A stretch of 64,000 nt of DNA from an uncultured Chloroflexia bacterium (GTDB lineage Bacteria > Chloroflexota > Limnocylindria > Limnocylindrales > CSP1-4): positions 278,345 to 342,344 of the forward strand of contig CAVZND010000001.1 of assembly GCA_963776545.1 (NCBI GenBank), given 5' to 3'. Below are positions 44,871 through 56,713 of the stretch, in pieces. The translations under genes and the position numbers were made by a program. The notes under the pieces are model-generated. The model was not told where the DNA came from and searched no databases. It saw only the letters and a program-made list of their open reading frames with translations. Numbering within the stretch: position 1 is the stretch's first letter; every line of letters starts with the position of its first letter.

Positions 44871-46091
44871 TCAGACGGTCGAGAGGGGCGTGGCGGCCGT
44901 CGCCGGCTGCACGATCTGGCCCATACCCCGTGGCTTGGGCGAGATGACGTAGGCGATCGAACCGAGCACGATGACAGAGAAGACGCTGATCACCCGATCG
45001 AGCAGGGCGATGGCCGTGGCCTCTGGCAGCGGGATGCCATAGGCGACGGTCAGGACGCCGACCACGCCCGCCTCGACGATCCCGAGGCCGGCCGGGCTGA
45101 GGGGCACCGCCGTCAGGAGTGAGCCGATGAGGGCCACGAAGACCGCGCCGGACAGGCCCAACTCCACGTCCGGGAAGCCCAGGGCCTGGACCACGAAGTA
45201 GAGCCGCAGCGCCTCCGTCATCCAGATCGTGCCCGTCAGGAAGAGCAGGACGGGCAGGTGCCGCAGCCGGACGGCCCCGAAGACCCCCTCCTCGAATCGA
45301 TCGTACAGCTCCAGGATGTTGTGCGGGAGTGGCAGGGCGATGATGATCCGCCGCCCGAAGTTGCGCATCGTGAATAGCCCGACCGCGAGGACCCCGACGA
45401 CGACCACGCCGAGGGCGAACACCACCTGGATCGCGGGCGGCAGGCCGTCCCGGAAGCTCCAGTATCCCGCCGCCATGCCCAGCAGCGCGATCGCGATCAC
45501 GTCGAGACAGCGCTCGATGAAGACGGTCCCGAACGTCCGGCTCAATGAGACGGTGCTGTTGATCTTGAGGAGATAGGCGCGGTAGACGTCCCCGAGCTTG
45601 GCGGGGACCACGCAGTTGACCAGCCAGGAAAGGAAGATGATCTCGGTGGAGTCCTTGGTCCGGATCTGGAACCCCGTTCCCCGCAGCAGGATCGCCCAGC
45701 GCAGGCCGCGAAGGGGGAACCCGAGGTAGAACACGAGGAAGGCGATCAGGACGAGCGCCGGGTTCGCGGCCGCGATCAGCGATGGGACCTTCGAGAGCAC
45801 CTGCCAGTTGAGGCCGACGAAGGCCACGATGATGGCCAGCGGGACGAGGATGGAGACGATGGTCTTCGTCTGGCGCAGGCGCCGTCCGAGCGAGACCTGC
45901 TCGGGGGTCACCTCGTCCTCGACGGGCTGGCCGGCGACCGGAGGCGTCGTGCCGCCCGCGGGCGCCGGACCGTTCGCCGGGCGCGGCTGGGCGAGCTCCA
46001 GGCCGGGGCTGATCTCCATGGGTTCGGAGGCTACCGGTCCGGGCGGTTCGTTCGCCACCGGCCGATGGTCCTGCTCACCGGGTCCGCTCAT
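44871..46091 (-). CDS. UPF0104/lysylphosphatidylglycerol-synthase TM (flippase-like) protein
   Basis: RGLRW..LL, NCVVPAKLGDVYRAY, ERCLD, PAGLGIVEAG, LLDR. Confidence 0.85.
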   Translation of the reverse strand: MSGPGEQDHRPVANEPPGPVASEPMEISPGLELAQPRPANGPAPAGGTTPPVAGQPVEDEVTPEQVSLGRRLRQTKTIVSILVPLAIIVAFVGLNWQVLSKVPSLIAAANPALVLIAFLVFYLGFPLRGLRWAILLRGTGFQIRTKDSTEIIFLSWLVNCVVPAKLGDVYRAYLLKINSTVSLSRTFGTVFIERCLDVIAIALLGMAAGYWSFRDGLPPAIQVVFALGVVVVGVLAVGLFTMRNFGRRIIIALPLPHNILELYDRFEEGVFGAVRLRHLPVLLFLTGTIWMTEALRLYFVVQALGFPDVELGLSGAVFVALIGSLLTAVPLSPAGLGIVEAGVVGVLTVAYGIPLPEATAIALLDRVISVFSVIVLGSIAYVISPKPRGMGQIVQPATAATPLSTV

Positions 46092-46804
46092 GACGGACCT
46101 TCAGTCGAGTGGCCCACCCCGATCGACTCGGGCTGGACGCGTCCACGTCCGCGGCTGCGCTGGACGACCTTCGCGACCGGGGTGACGAGCCGCGCGAAGT
46201 AGCTCGCCCGGCCGGGCACGAGCTGGGCCGAGGCGAGCGCGGCCAGCAGCCCCGCCGGGGTCGAGGGATCGCCATCGACGACCGTGTACGCGACGGCGAC
46301 CTCCAGCGTGGTGTGCGCATCCGACACGGCCACGACGGGACGTCCGACCTCGCGGGCGAAGGCCAGCGCCCGCTCGTTGCCGCTACCGACGATGCGGGCG
46401 TTGTGACCCTCGATCCAGTCGACATGGGCCGCGATCGTCTCCATCCGGGCGTCCTTCAGGAGCGACCCCCGCCATTGATCGAACGGGTGGGGGATGCCGA
46501 CCAGGCCCCCTTGATCGCGAACGGCGCGGACGGTCTCGAGGGCCGTGAGCCCGGGTGGGATCGCCCGCTCGAGGAAGACGCAGATCAGGTCCCCGTCCGC
46601 GGTCTTGACCTCCTCCCCGACGATCACGGTCAGGCCCTCCGGCGCGGCCTCGCGCGCCGCCAGAGCCCCGTCGATCCGGTCATGGTCCGTGATCGCCAGG
46701 TGCGTCAACCCGCGAGCCGCCGCCGCCCGCATGACATCCCGAGCCTTCGACAGCGAATCGAAGCTGGCATCTGTATGGCAGTGCAGATCGACGAATGCCC
46801 GCAT
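46088..46804 (-). CDS. PHP domain metal-dependent phosphoesterase
   Basis: DLHCHT..SFDS, AITDHD, GEEV, PHPF, SDAH. Confidence 0.88.
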   Translation of the reverse strand: MRAFVDLHCHTDASFDSLSKARDVMRAAAARGLTHLAITDHDRIDGALAAREAAPEGLTVIVGEEVKTADGDLICVFLERAIPPGLTALETVRAVRDQGGLVGIPHPFDQWRGSLLKDARMETIAAHVDWIEGHNARIVGSGNERALAFAREVGRPVVAVSDAHTTLEVAVAYTVVDGDPSTPAGLLAALASAQLVPGRASYFARLVTPVAKVVQRSRGRGRVQPESIGVGHSTEGPS

Positions 46805-46806
46805 GA

Positions 46807-46959
46807 CTACGGAGCGAGCACCGGCAGAGCTGGGCTCAGGGTGCGCGCGGGTGGCGCCGGGCGGTTCCAGGCGGGCGCCGGACCGGCAGCGAAGCGCGGT
46901 CCAAGCCCGCATGGGTTCGCCCGGAGACAGGACCCGCGCGTGCCCTGTTCAGGCCTCAT
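46807..46959 (-). repeat. Structured intergenic insert with a gene-bridging 50-codon ORF (MIRU/MITE-like)
   Basis: Inverted repeats 46827-46842 and 46932-46947; ATG overlaps the mreB TGA; TAG ends 2 nt before the PHP ATG. Confidence 0.45.
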
Positions 46960-47957
46960 CAGATCTGCTGGACGAGCGACTTCTTGAAGAAATCGAAGTG
47001 CTCGAGTGCCAGCCCCGTCCCGAGGGCCACACAGTTCAGCGGGTCTTCCGCGACGTGGCAGGGTACGCCGGTCACCTGCGTCAGGAGCCGGTCGATGTTG
47101 CGCAGCAGCGCCCCGCCCCCGGACATGACCATGCCCTTGTCGATGATGTCGCTCGACAGTTCCGGCGGGGTCTGCTCCAGGACGCTGCGGACCGCGGCGA
47201 CGAGCTGCTGGAGCGGCGCCTCGATGGCCTCCATGACCTCCGAGCTCGTGATGGGGATCGTCCGTGGCAGGCCGGCGATCAGGTCGCGACCGCGGACCTC
47301 CATCGTCATCTCGCGCTCCAAGGGGAGGGCCGTCCCGATCTGGATCTTGACCTCCTCGGCCGTCCGCTCGCCGATCATCAGGTTGTACTTCTTGCGGACG
47401 TAGGTCGCGATCGACTCGTCGAACTTGTTGCCACCGACGCGCAGGCTGTGCGACACGACGATGCCGCCGAGCGCGATCACCGCGATCTCGCTCGTGCCGC
47501 CCCCGATGTCGATGATCATGTTCCCGGACGGACCGCTGATCGGGACGTTGGCGCCGATGGCGGCGGCGAGCGGCTCCTCGATGAGGAACGCCTCCCTGGC
47601 GCCCGCCTTGAGGGCGGCATCGCGGACGGCCCGCTTCTCGACGCTGGTGACCCCGGCGGGCACGCTGATCATCACCTCGGGCCGGTTGAACCCGATGCGC
47701 CCCTTGGTGGCCTTGGCGATGAAGAAGCGCAGCATCGCCTCGGTGATGACGTAGTCGGCGATGACCCCGTCCTTCATCGGGCGGATGGCCTGGATGTTGC
47801 CGGGGGTGCGCCCGATCATCTCGCGGGCCTCCTCGCCGACGGCCACGATCCGGTTGTCGTCGGACACGGCCACCACGCTGGGCTCGGTGATGACGATGCC
47901 CTTGCCCTTGACGTAGACGAGCACGTTGGCCGTGCCGAGGTCGATGCCGATCTTCAT
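46959..47957 (-). CDS. mreB: Rod shape-determining protein MreB/Mbl
   Basis: [44 protein letters not shown]. Confidence 0.97.
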   Translation of the reverse strand: MKIGIDLGTANVLVYVKGKGIVITEPSVVAVSDDNRIVAVGEEAREMIGRTPGNIQAIRPMKDGVIADYVITEAMLRFFIAKATKGRIGFNRPEVMISVPAGVTSVEKRAVRDAALKAGAREAFLIEEPLAAAIGANVPISGPSGNMIIDIGGGTSEIAVIALGGIVVSHSLRVGGNKFDESIATYVRKKYNLMIGERTAEEVKIQIGTALPLEREMTMEVRGRDLIAGLPRTIPITSSEVMEAIEAPLQQLVAAVRSVLEQTPPELSSDIIDKGMVMSGGGALLRNIDRLLTQVTGVPCHVAEDPLNCVALGTGLALEHFDFFKKSLVQQI

Positions 47958-49300
47958 GAGGTGGTGTCAGTCGTCCCTTCCGCGAGGCGCTCGATCCGGG
48001 CGCCGAGATCCACGAACTTCCGCTCGATGTTCTCATAGCCCCGGTGAACGTGGTGTGCACCGTGGATCGTGGAGGTGCCCTCGGCGGCCAGCGCGGCCAG
48101 GATGAGCGACGCCCCGGCGCGAAGGTCGCCGATCTCCACCTCGGCGCCGCGCAGGGCGGCCCGGCCGGTGACGGTCGCGTGCTGGGCGTCCTGCGTCTCC
48201 GCGACGACGCCCATCTTGCGCGCCTCGGTGAGCCACTCGAGACGGTCCTCGAAGATCGCCTCGTGGACGTGGGACGTGCCCCCGGCCTGCGTCAGCAGGA
48301 CGCAGACCGCCGGCTGCAGGTCGGTGGCGAGGCCGGGGTACGGGGCGGTCTCGACGTCGGTCGCCCGGTAGCCGATCCCGCCCAGGGCGGAGCCGTCGAC
48401 CTCGATCGTGTCGGTCCCGCAGGCGATCCCGACGCCGACCCGCCCGACGACGTCGAGGAACTCGCCAAGGTGGTCGCACGGCGCGCCTTCGAGGGTCACG
48501 CGCCCGCCGGTGACGGCCGCGGCCACGGCGAACGTGCCGGCCTCGATCCGGTCGGGAACGACTCGGTGCTCGGCCCCGCGCAGGCGCTTGCGGCCCTCGA
48601 TCTCGATCGTGTCCGGGGCGGTGCGTTCGACCTCGGCGCCCATCGCGCACAGGAAGTCGATGAGGTCGTCCACCTCCGGCTCCTGTGCCGCCGGCCGGAT
48701 GGTGGTGTGGCCCTCGGCGAGCGTCGCTGCGAGGATCGCGTTCTCCGTGCCCATGACCGACACGAACGGGAAGGTGACCTCGGCCCCGCGCAGTCGTCCG
48801 GGCGCCGTCGCGAAGTAGTAGCCGTTGCGGTAGTCGATCGAAGCCCCGAGCGCGCGCATCGCGTCGACGTGCAGGTCCACGGGGCGTCGCCCGATCCGGT
48901 CCCCGCCGGGGTTGCTGATGATGACCCGGCCGAAGCGGGTCAGCAGCGGGCCGAGCAGGATGAAGCTGGCCCGCATCTTTGCCGCGGCTTCCAGAGGGAC
49001 GAACAGCCACTCGACGTCGCCCGAGGCGATCTCGTAGGTGTTCGGCTCCGTCCGGTCGACGACGACGCCGAGGTCGCGCAGCGTGTCGGCGAGGACCCGG
49101 ACGTCCTCGATGTCGGGCACGTTCGTGAGGCGGCAGCGTTCGCCCGTCAGGGTGGCCGCGGCCATGAGCTTCAGGGCGGCGTTCTTCGCGCCGCTGATCG
49201 GCACGATCCCGTTGAGCGGGCGACCGCCTTCGACCCGGAAGAGTTCCCGCGCCACGGGATCCGGCCGGTACTCCCAGTGGAACGGTCGAGCGTCAGCCAT
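47954..49300 (-). CDS. murA: UDP-N-acetylglucosamine 1-carboxyvinyltransferase
   Basis: [51 protein letters not shown]. Confidence 0.95.
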   Translation of the reverse strand: MADARPFHWEYRPDPVARELFRVEGGRPLNGIVPISGAKNAALKLMAAATLTGERCRLTNVPDIEDVRVLADTLRDLGVVVDRTEPNTYEIASGDVEWLFVPLEAAAKMRASFILLGPLLTRFGRVIISNPGGDRIGRRPVDLHVDAMRALGASIDYRNGYYFATAPGRLRGAEVTFPFVSVMGTENAILAATLAEGHTTIRPAAQEPEVDDLIDFLCAMGAEVERTAPDTIEIEGRKRLRGAEHRVVPDRIEAGTFAVAAAVTGGRVTLEGAPCDHLGEFLDVVGRVGVGIACGTDTIEVDGSALGGIGYRATDVETAPYPGLATDLQPAVCVLLTQAGGTSHVHEAIFEDRLEWLTEARKMGVVAETQDAQHATVTGRAALRGAEVEIGDLRAGASLILAALAAEGTSTIHGAHHVHRGYENIERKFVDLGARIERLAEGTTDTTS

Positions 49301-49335
49301 GCGTCATATCTGCGAAGTCGCCGCGCCGCCGTCCG

Positions 49336-49420
49336 GGCCAAGGCGGCGTCGAGCACGTGAACGAGCGCACCCCAAGGTGCGTGAGCGAACGAGCGGAGGC
49401 GCCAACGCCGGCATGGGCGA
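49336..49420 (+). repeat. Dispersed ~85-bp REP/MIRU-like repeat, copy 1 (atpC-murA gap)
   Basis: 27-nt core CGAGCGCACCCCAAGGTGCGTGAGCGA (49362-49388) identical to the reverse complement of 52245-52271; similar flanks. Confidence 0.8.
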
Positions 49421-49458
49421 GCGCCGCGGCGATCCCGTTGTTGGTCGGCACGAAAACG

Positions 49459-49887
49459 TCACCCGCGGTGCCGCGGACCCTCTCGGTAACGACGTTCCGC
49501 AACGCGGATCCGCAGGAGCGCCGTCTGGAGCTGGGCGCGGGCGCGGGCAAGGTCGGCCGGCTCGCCGCTGACCTCCTCGAGCGCCCGTTCCGCCTCCAGG
49601 CGCGCCTGCTGCGCCTTCTCGAGGTCGATCTCGCTGGCCATGTCCGCGGTCTCGGCCATCACCACGACCTTGTCCGGGCGGACCTGGAGGAAGCCGCCCG
49701 CGATGGCGAACGACTCCTCGACGCCACCCTTGCGGATGCGGAGCTCGCCAACGCCGAGCATCGAGACGAGCGGGGCGTGATGGGGCAGGACACCGAGCTC
49801 GCCCTCGCTCCCGGGCAGGACGACCGAGTCGACCATGTCCGAGTAGGCCAACCGTTCGGGCGTGACGATCTCGAGCAGCAGCGGCAT
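49459..49887 (-). CDS. atpC: ATP synthase epsilon subunit
   Basis: LEIVTPER, GELGVLPHHAP, GGFLQV. Confidence 0.97.
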   Translation of the reverse strand: MPLLLEIVTPERLAYSDMVDSVVLPGSEGELGVLPHHAPLVSMLGVGELRIRKGGVEESFAIAGGFLQVRPDKVVVMAETADMASEIDLEKAQQARLEAERALEEVSGEPADLARARAQLQTALLRIRVAERRYREGPRHRG

Positions 49888-49889
49888 GG

Positions 49890-52185
<2,296 letters not shown>

Positions 52186-52211
52186 TGCGTGGTCCCTGGC
52201 CGGCGCTGTGA

Positions 52212-52297
52212 TCGCCGCATGGCGGCGTTGTCGGCTGCGCGCGCTCGCTCACGCACCTTGGGGTGCGCTCGCTCTCGTGCGCACCGCCGCCTTGCCC
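52212..52297 (-). repeat. Dispersed ~85-bp REP/MIRU-like repeat, copy 2 (atpA-atpG gap)
   Basis: Inverted copy of 49336-49420; lies inside mini-ORF 52178-52330. Confidence 0.8.
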
Positions 52298-52337
52298 TTC
52301 GACGCCCCAGCGCCGGATTCTCGGTTCCATCAACGGA

Positions 52338-53870
<1,533 letters not shown>

Positions 53871-53882
53871 GGGTGGGATCTC

Positions 53883-54425
53883 CTAGAGGGCGCCTGAGAC
53901 CAGCTGGTTGCGCAGCCGCTCCAGGCGGCCTCTGACGCTCCCGTCGATCAGGCGGTCGCCGACCCGGACCACCAAGCCACCCAGCAGGCTGGGATCGACC
54001 TGGAGCGCGAGTTCGATGCGTCCGCCGGTCATCTGTTCGAGCCGACCCACGAGTGCCCGGACCTCGTCCTGGCTGAGCGGAGCGGCGGTGGTTGCGGTGG
54101 CGGGCACGATGCCCTGGCGGGCGTTGTCGAGTCGGCGGAACTCCGCCGAGACGCGCGGCAGTTGATCGATCCGGCCGCGCCGGAGCATGAGCTTGACGAG
54201 GTTGAGGACCGGACCGGAGATGATCGGGCCGATGGCCGAATCGACCATCGCGTCGCGGCTCTCCAGCGCGACGGCCGGGTTGGCCAGCACACGGGCGACG
54301 GTCGGGTCCTCGACCACCGCTCCGGCCAGGTCGAGTTCGGAACGCCACACCTCGACGGTCCCGTCGCGCATGGCGATCTGGAAGGCCGCCTCTGCATAGC
54401 GCCGGGCCGCCGATTCGCGGGCCAT
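53883..54425 (-). CDS. atpH: ATP synthase delta subunit
   Basis: ARRYAEA, VDPSLLGG..VRVGD..IDGS. Confidence 0.96.
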   Translation of the reverse strand: MARESAARRYAEAAFQIAMRDGTVEVWRSELDLAGAVVEDPTVARVLANPAVALESRDAMVDSAIGPIISGPVLNLVKLMLRRGRIDQLPRVSAEFRRLDNARQGIVPATATTAAPLSQDEVRALVGRLEQMTGGRIELALQVDPSLLGGLVVRVGDRLIDGSVRGRLERLRNQLVSGAL

Positions 54426-54997
54426 CAGTTCTTCGACCCGTCGACGGCCGCCTCGCGCAGGAACTCCTCGACGAGGCGTCGCTGGCGGGCGTCGTCCATC
54501 GATTCGCCGACCACGCGGCTCGCGGCGGCGAGGGCCAGGTCGGCGACCTCGGCGCGCAGCTCGGCGATCGCTCGCCCCTTCTCCGCGTCGATGTCGGACG
54601 CGGCGCGAACACGCATCCGCTCGAGCTCCTCGCGGGTCGCCGCGATGTCGGCGTCGCGCGTCTCCTGGGCGACCTTCTGGGCTCGCGCCAGGATGTCATT
54701 CGCCTCGCGACGCGCCTCGCCGAGCGTCGCGACACGCTCCGACTCCGCGTTCTCGCGGTCGCGCCGCGCCTGCTCGGCGTCCTTCAGGCCTTGCTCGATG
54801 CGAGCCGACCGGTCGGCGAGCATCTTCGAGACCGGCTTGAACGCGAACGTCCAGATGATGACGAAGAAGAGGATGAAGTTGAGCGCGCTGACGATCACCC
54901 AGAACAGGTTGATCTGGAACAGCGCCCCTCCACCCTCCTCGGCGGCCAGCTGGACGGCGTGACGGCCCGCCTCCGTGGCGATGGCCAGGATGTCCAC
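54425..54997 (-). CDS. atpF: ATP synthase F0 subunit b
   Basis: NFILF...FAFKP TM followed by a charged coiled coil; operon position. Confidence 0.95.
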   Translation of the reverse strand: MDILAIATEAGRHAVQLAAEEGGGALFQINLFWVIVSALNFILFFVIIWTFAFKPVSKMLADRSARIEQGLKDAEQARRDRENAESERVATLGEARREANDILARAQKVAQETRDADIAATREELERMRVRAASDIDAEKGRAIAELRAEVADLALAAASRVVGESMDDARQRRLVEEFLREAAVDGSKN

Positions 54998-55003
54998 GGT
55001 GGA

Positions 55004-55222
55004 CTACGCCGGCTGGATGAAGATCGCGAGCAGACCGACGACGATCGCGAGGACGCCAAGGCCCTCGGCGAACGCGGCGAGGATGATCGCGATGCCGCGG
55101 ATCTGTCCGGCCGCGTCGGGATTGCGGCCGATCGCCGCAGCGGACAGGCCGCCGATGATGCCGACCCCGATACCGGGGCCGATCACCCCAAGCGCGGCGA
55201 GTCCGGCGCCGAAGTACTCCAT
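55004..55222 (-). CDS. atpE: ATP synthase F0 subunit c
   Basis: GPGIGVG, RNP loop, conserved Glu in FAEG; AGGAGGA SD. Confidence 0.97.
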   Translation of the reverse strand: MEYFGAGLAALGVIGPGIGVGIIGGLSAAAIGRNPDAAGQIRGIAIILAAFAEGLGVLAIVVGLLAIFIQPA

Positions 55223-55298
55223 CTTGTCGGTTCCTCCTACTCCCGGGCGGCCCGGGTCACATATGTGGGACGTGGTTCAGGCTAGGCGGCCGTGCCCA

Positions 55299-56333
55299 TC
55301 AGTGGGCCGGCTGGAGCGCTGAAGGCTCAGATCCATCGAGCGTGATCGCCTCGTCGGCGACGTGGCCTTCCTCGTGTTCGTGACTCTCGATGGCAAGGGT
55401 GATGAAGATGAGCGTCAGGACGCTGAAGATCAGCGCCTGGATGGCGTTCAGCATGACCTCGAGGCCGAGCAGGCCGACCGGGATGAACGCGATCGTCAGC
55501 GCTGTGATGACGCCGAGCGCGACTTCTCCGCCGTAGATGTTGCCGAAGAGACGCATCGAGAGCGTGACCGGCTTGACGAATTCGAGCATCAACTCGACCA
55601 GCCCGACGAACAGGGCGATGCCTCCCGCTCCGATGCCCTTCCGGAACTCGCCGAGCGGAAAGAACTTGCCGAGGTAGCCGCCGACCCCGAGACGTCGGAA
55701 GCCCTGGAATTCGAAGTAGGCGAAGCTCACGAGGGCCAGCCCGATCGTGATGTTGACGTCGCTGGTCGGTGCGCGGAGTTCCTCAACCCGCCCGACCGGC
55801 GGCACCAGGCCACTCCAGTTACAGAACAGGATGAGGATGAAGAATGCGGCGAACAGCGGGACGTACGGGCGGGCGGCCGGGCCCGCGATGCTGACGCCGA
55901 AGTCGCTCAGGAACTCGTAGAAGAACTCGAAGACGTTCTGCGCGCGACCGGGGACGGACTTCCGCCCGCGAGTCATCAGGATGGCCGCCACCAGCACGAT
56001 CGCCATGACGATCCACATCGTCAGGATGCTGGAGCTGATGCTCGGATAGAAGACGATGAGGCCGGTCGGCGGCGCTTCGGCGCCAGCCGGTGCCCAGACC
56101 ACGTGCGGGGCCGGGAACTCGAGCGTGCCGTTGATGAAGCAGACCGGGAAGGCACAGGCATCGCCCGGTTGGCCGCCCTTCGGGAATGGCGGCACGAGGA
56201 TGAACGCGACGATGTTAAGGACGATGACCGCGCCGATGAGCAGGAACCAGCGCGACGACAGCCCGCGGCCGCGCTTCGGCTGCGGTTCGGGGGCCTGGGG
56301 GACCTCGTCGGTCACGACCTGCTCGCTCGACAC
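55299..56333 (-). CDS. atpB: ATP synthase F0 subunit a
   Basis: PTSDVN, KPVTLSMRLFGNIYGGE, IQALIFSVLT; start approximate. Confidence 0.96.
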   Translation of the reverse strand: MSSEQVVTDEVPQAPEPQPKRGRGLSSRWFLLIGAVIVLNIVAFILVPPFPKGGQPGDACAFPVCFINGTLEFPAPHVVWAPAGAEAPPTGLIVFYPSISSSILTMWIVMAIVLVAAILMTRGRKSVPGRAQNVFEFFYEFLSDFGVSIAGPAARPYVPLFAAFFILILFCNWSGLVPPVGRVEELRAPTSDVNITIGLALVSFAYFEFQGFRRLGVGGYLGKFFPLGEFRKGIGAGGIALFVGLVELMLEFVKPVTLSMRLFGNIYGGEVALGVITALTIAFIPVGLLGLEVMLNAIQALIFSVLTLIFITLAIESHEHEEGHVADEAITLDGSEPSALQPAH

Positions 56334-56406
56334 GCTTGCTCCACACACAGGAGCGCGGCTCGACGCCGCGCTCGCATCCTCCCTGACCGGTCGTCGATGA
56401 GACCGG

Positions 56407-56628
56407 CTATTCGATCGTCTTCAGGAACCGGTTGACCAGTCTGTAGATCATCAGGGCCCCGGATCCCGCGCCGGCGAAGAAGCCGACCATCGTGAAGACC
56501 GGAATGGTCCCGAGTCGCCCGTCGGCCCAATAGCCGACCAGCACGCCGAGTAGCGTCGTCACCAGGAGTGAGATGCCGATCTCCGAGAAGAGGGCGACGT
56601 AGGCCCAACCCCGGCCGGGCTCGATCAT
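56407..56628 (-). CDS. AtpZ/AtpI-type ATP synthase accessory protein
   Basis: Two TM helices with GYWADGRLGT.P motif; first gene of the atp operon. Confidence 0.85.
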   Translation of the reverse strand: MIEPGRGWAYVALFSEIGISLLVTTLLGVLVGYWADGRLGTIPVFTMVGFFAGAGSGALMIYRLVNRFLKTIE

Positions 56629-56651
56629 GGGCGACCTGTCAAGGCGGCGGA

Positions 56652-56660
56652 AGTATAGCA
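56652..56660 (-). promoter_or_regulatory. Putative extended -10 TGcTATACT of the atp operon
   Basis: Near-consensus, 23 nt upstream of ATG 56628. Confidence 0.6.
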
Positions 56661-56713
56661 GCTGCGAACTCCGGGTCGCCGCAACCGCATCGCAACCTTC
56701 GTGACGGAATCGG

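Noticed and set aside
55004-55222. Na+-coupled ATP synthase
   Set aside because: The c subunit lacks the Gln and Glu-Ser/Thr sodium signature (it reads FAEG), which fits proton coupling.
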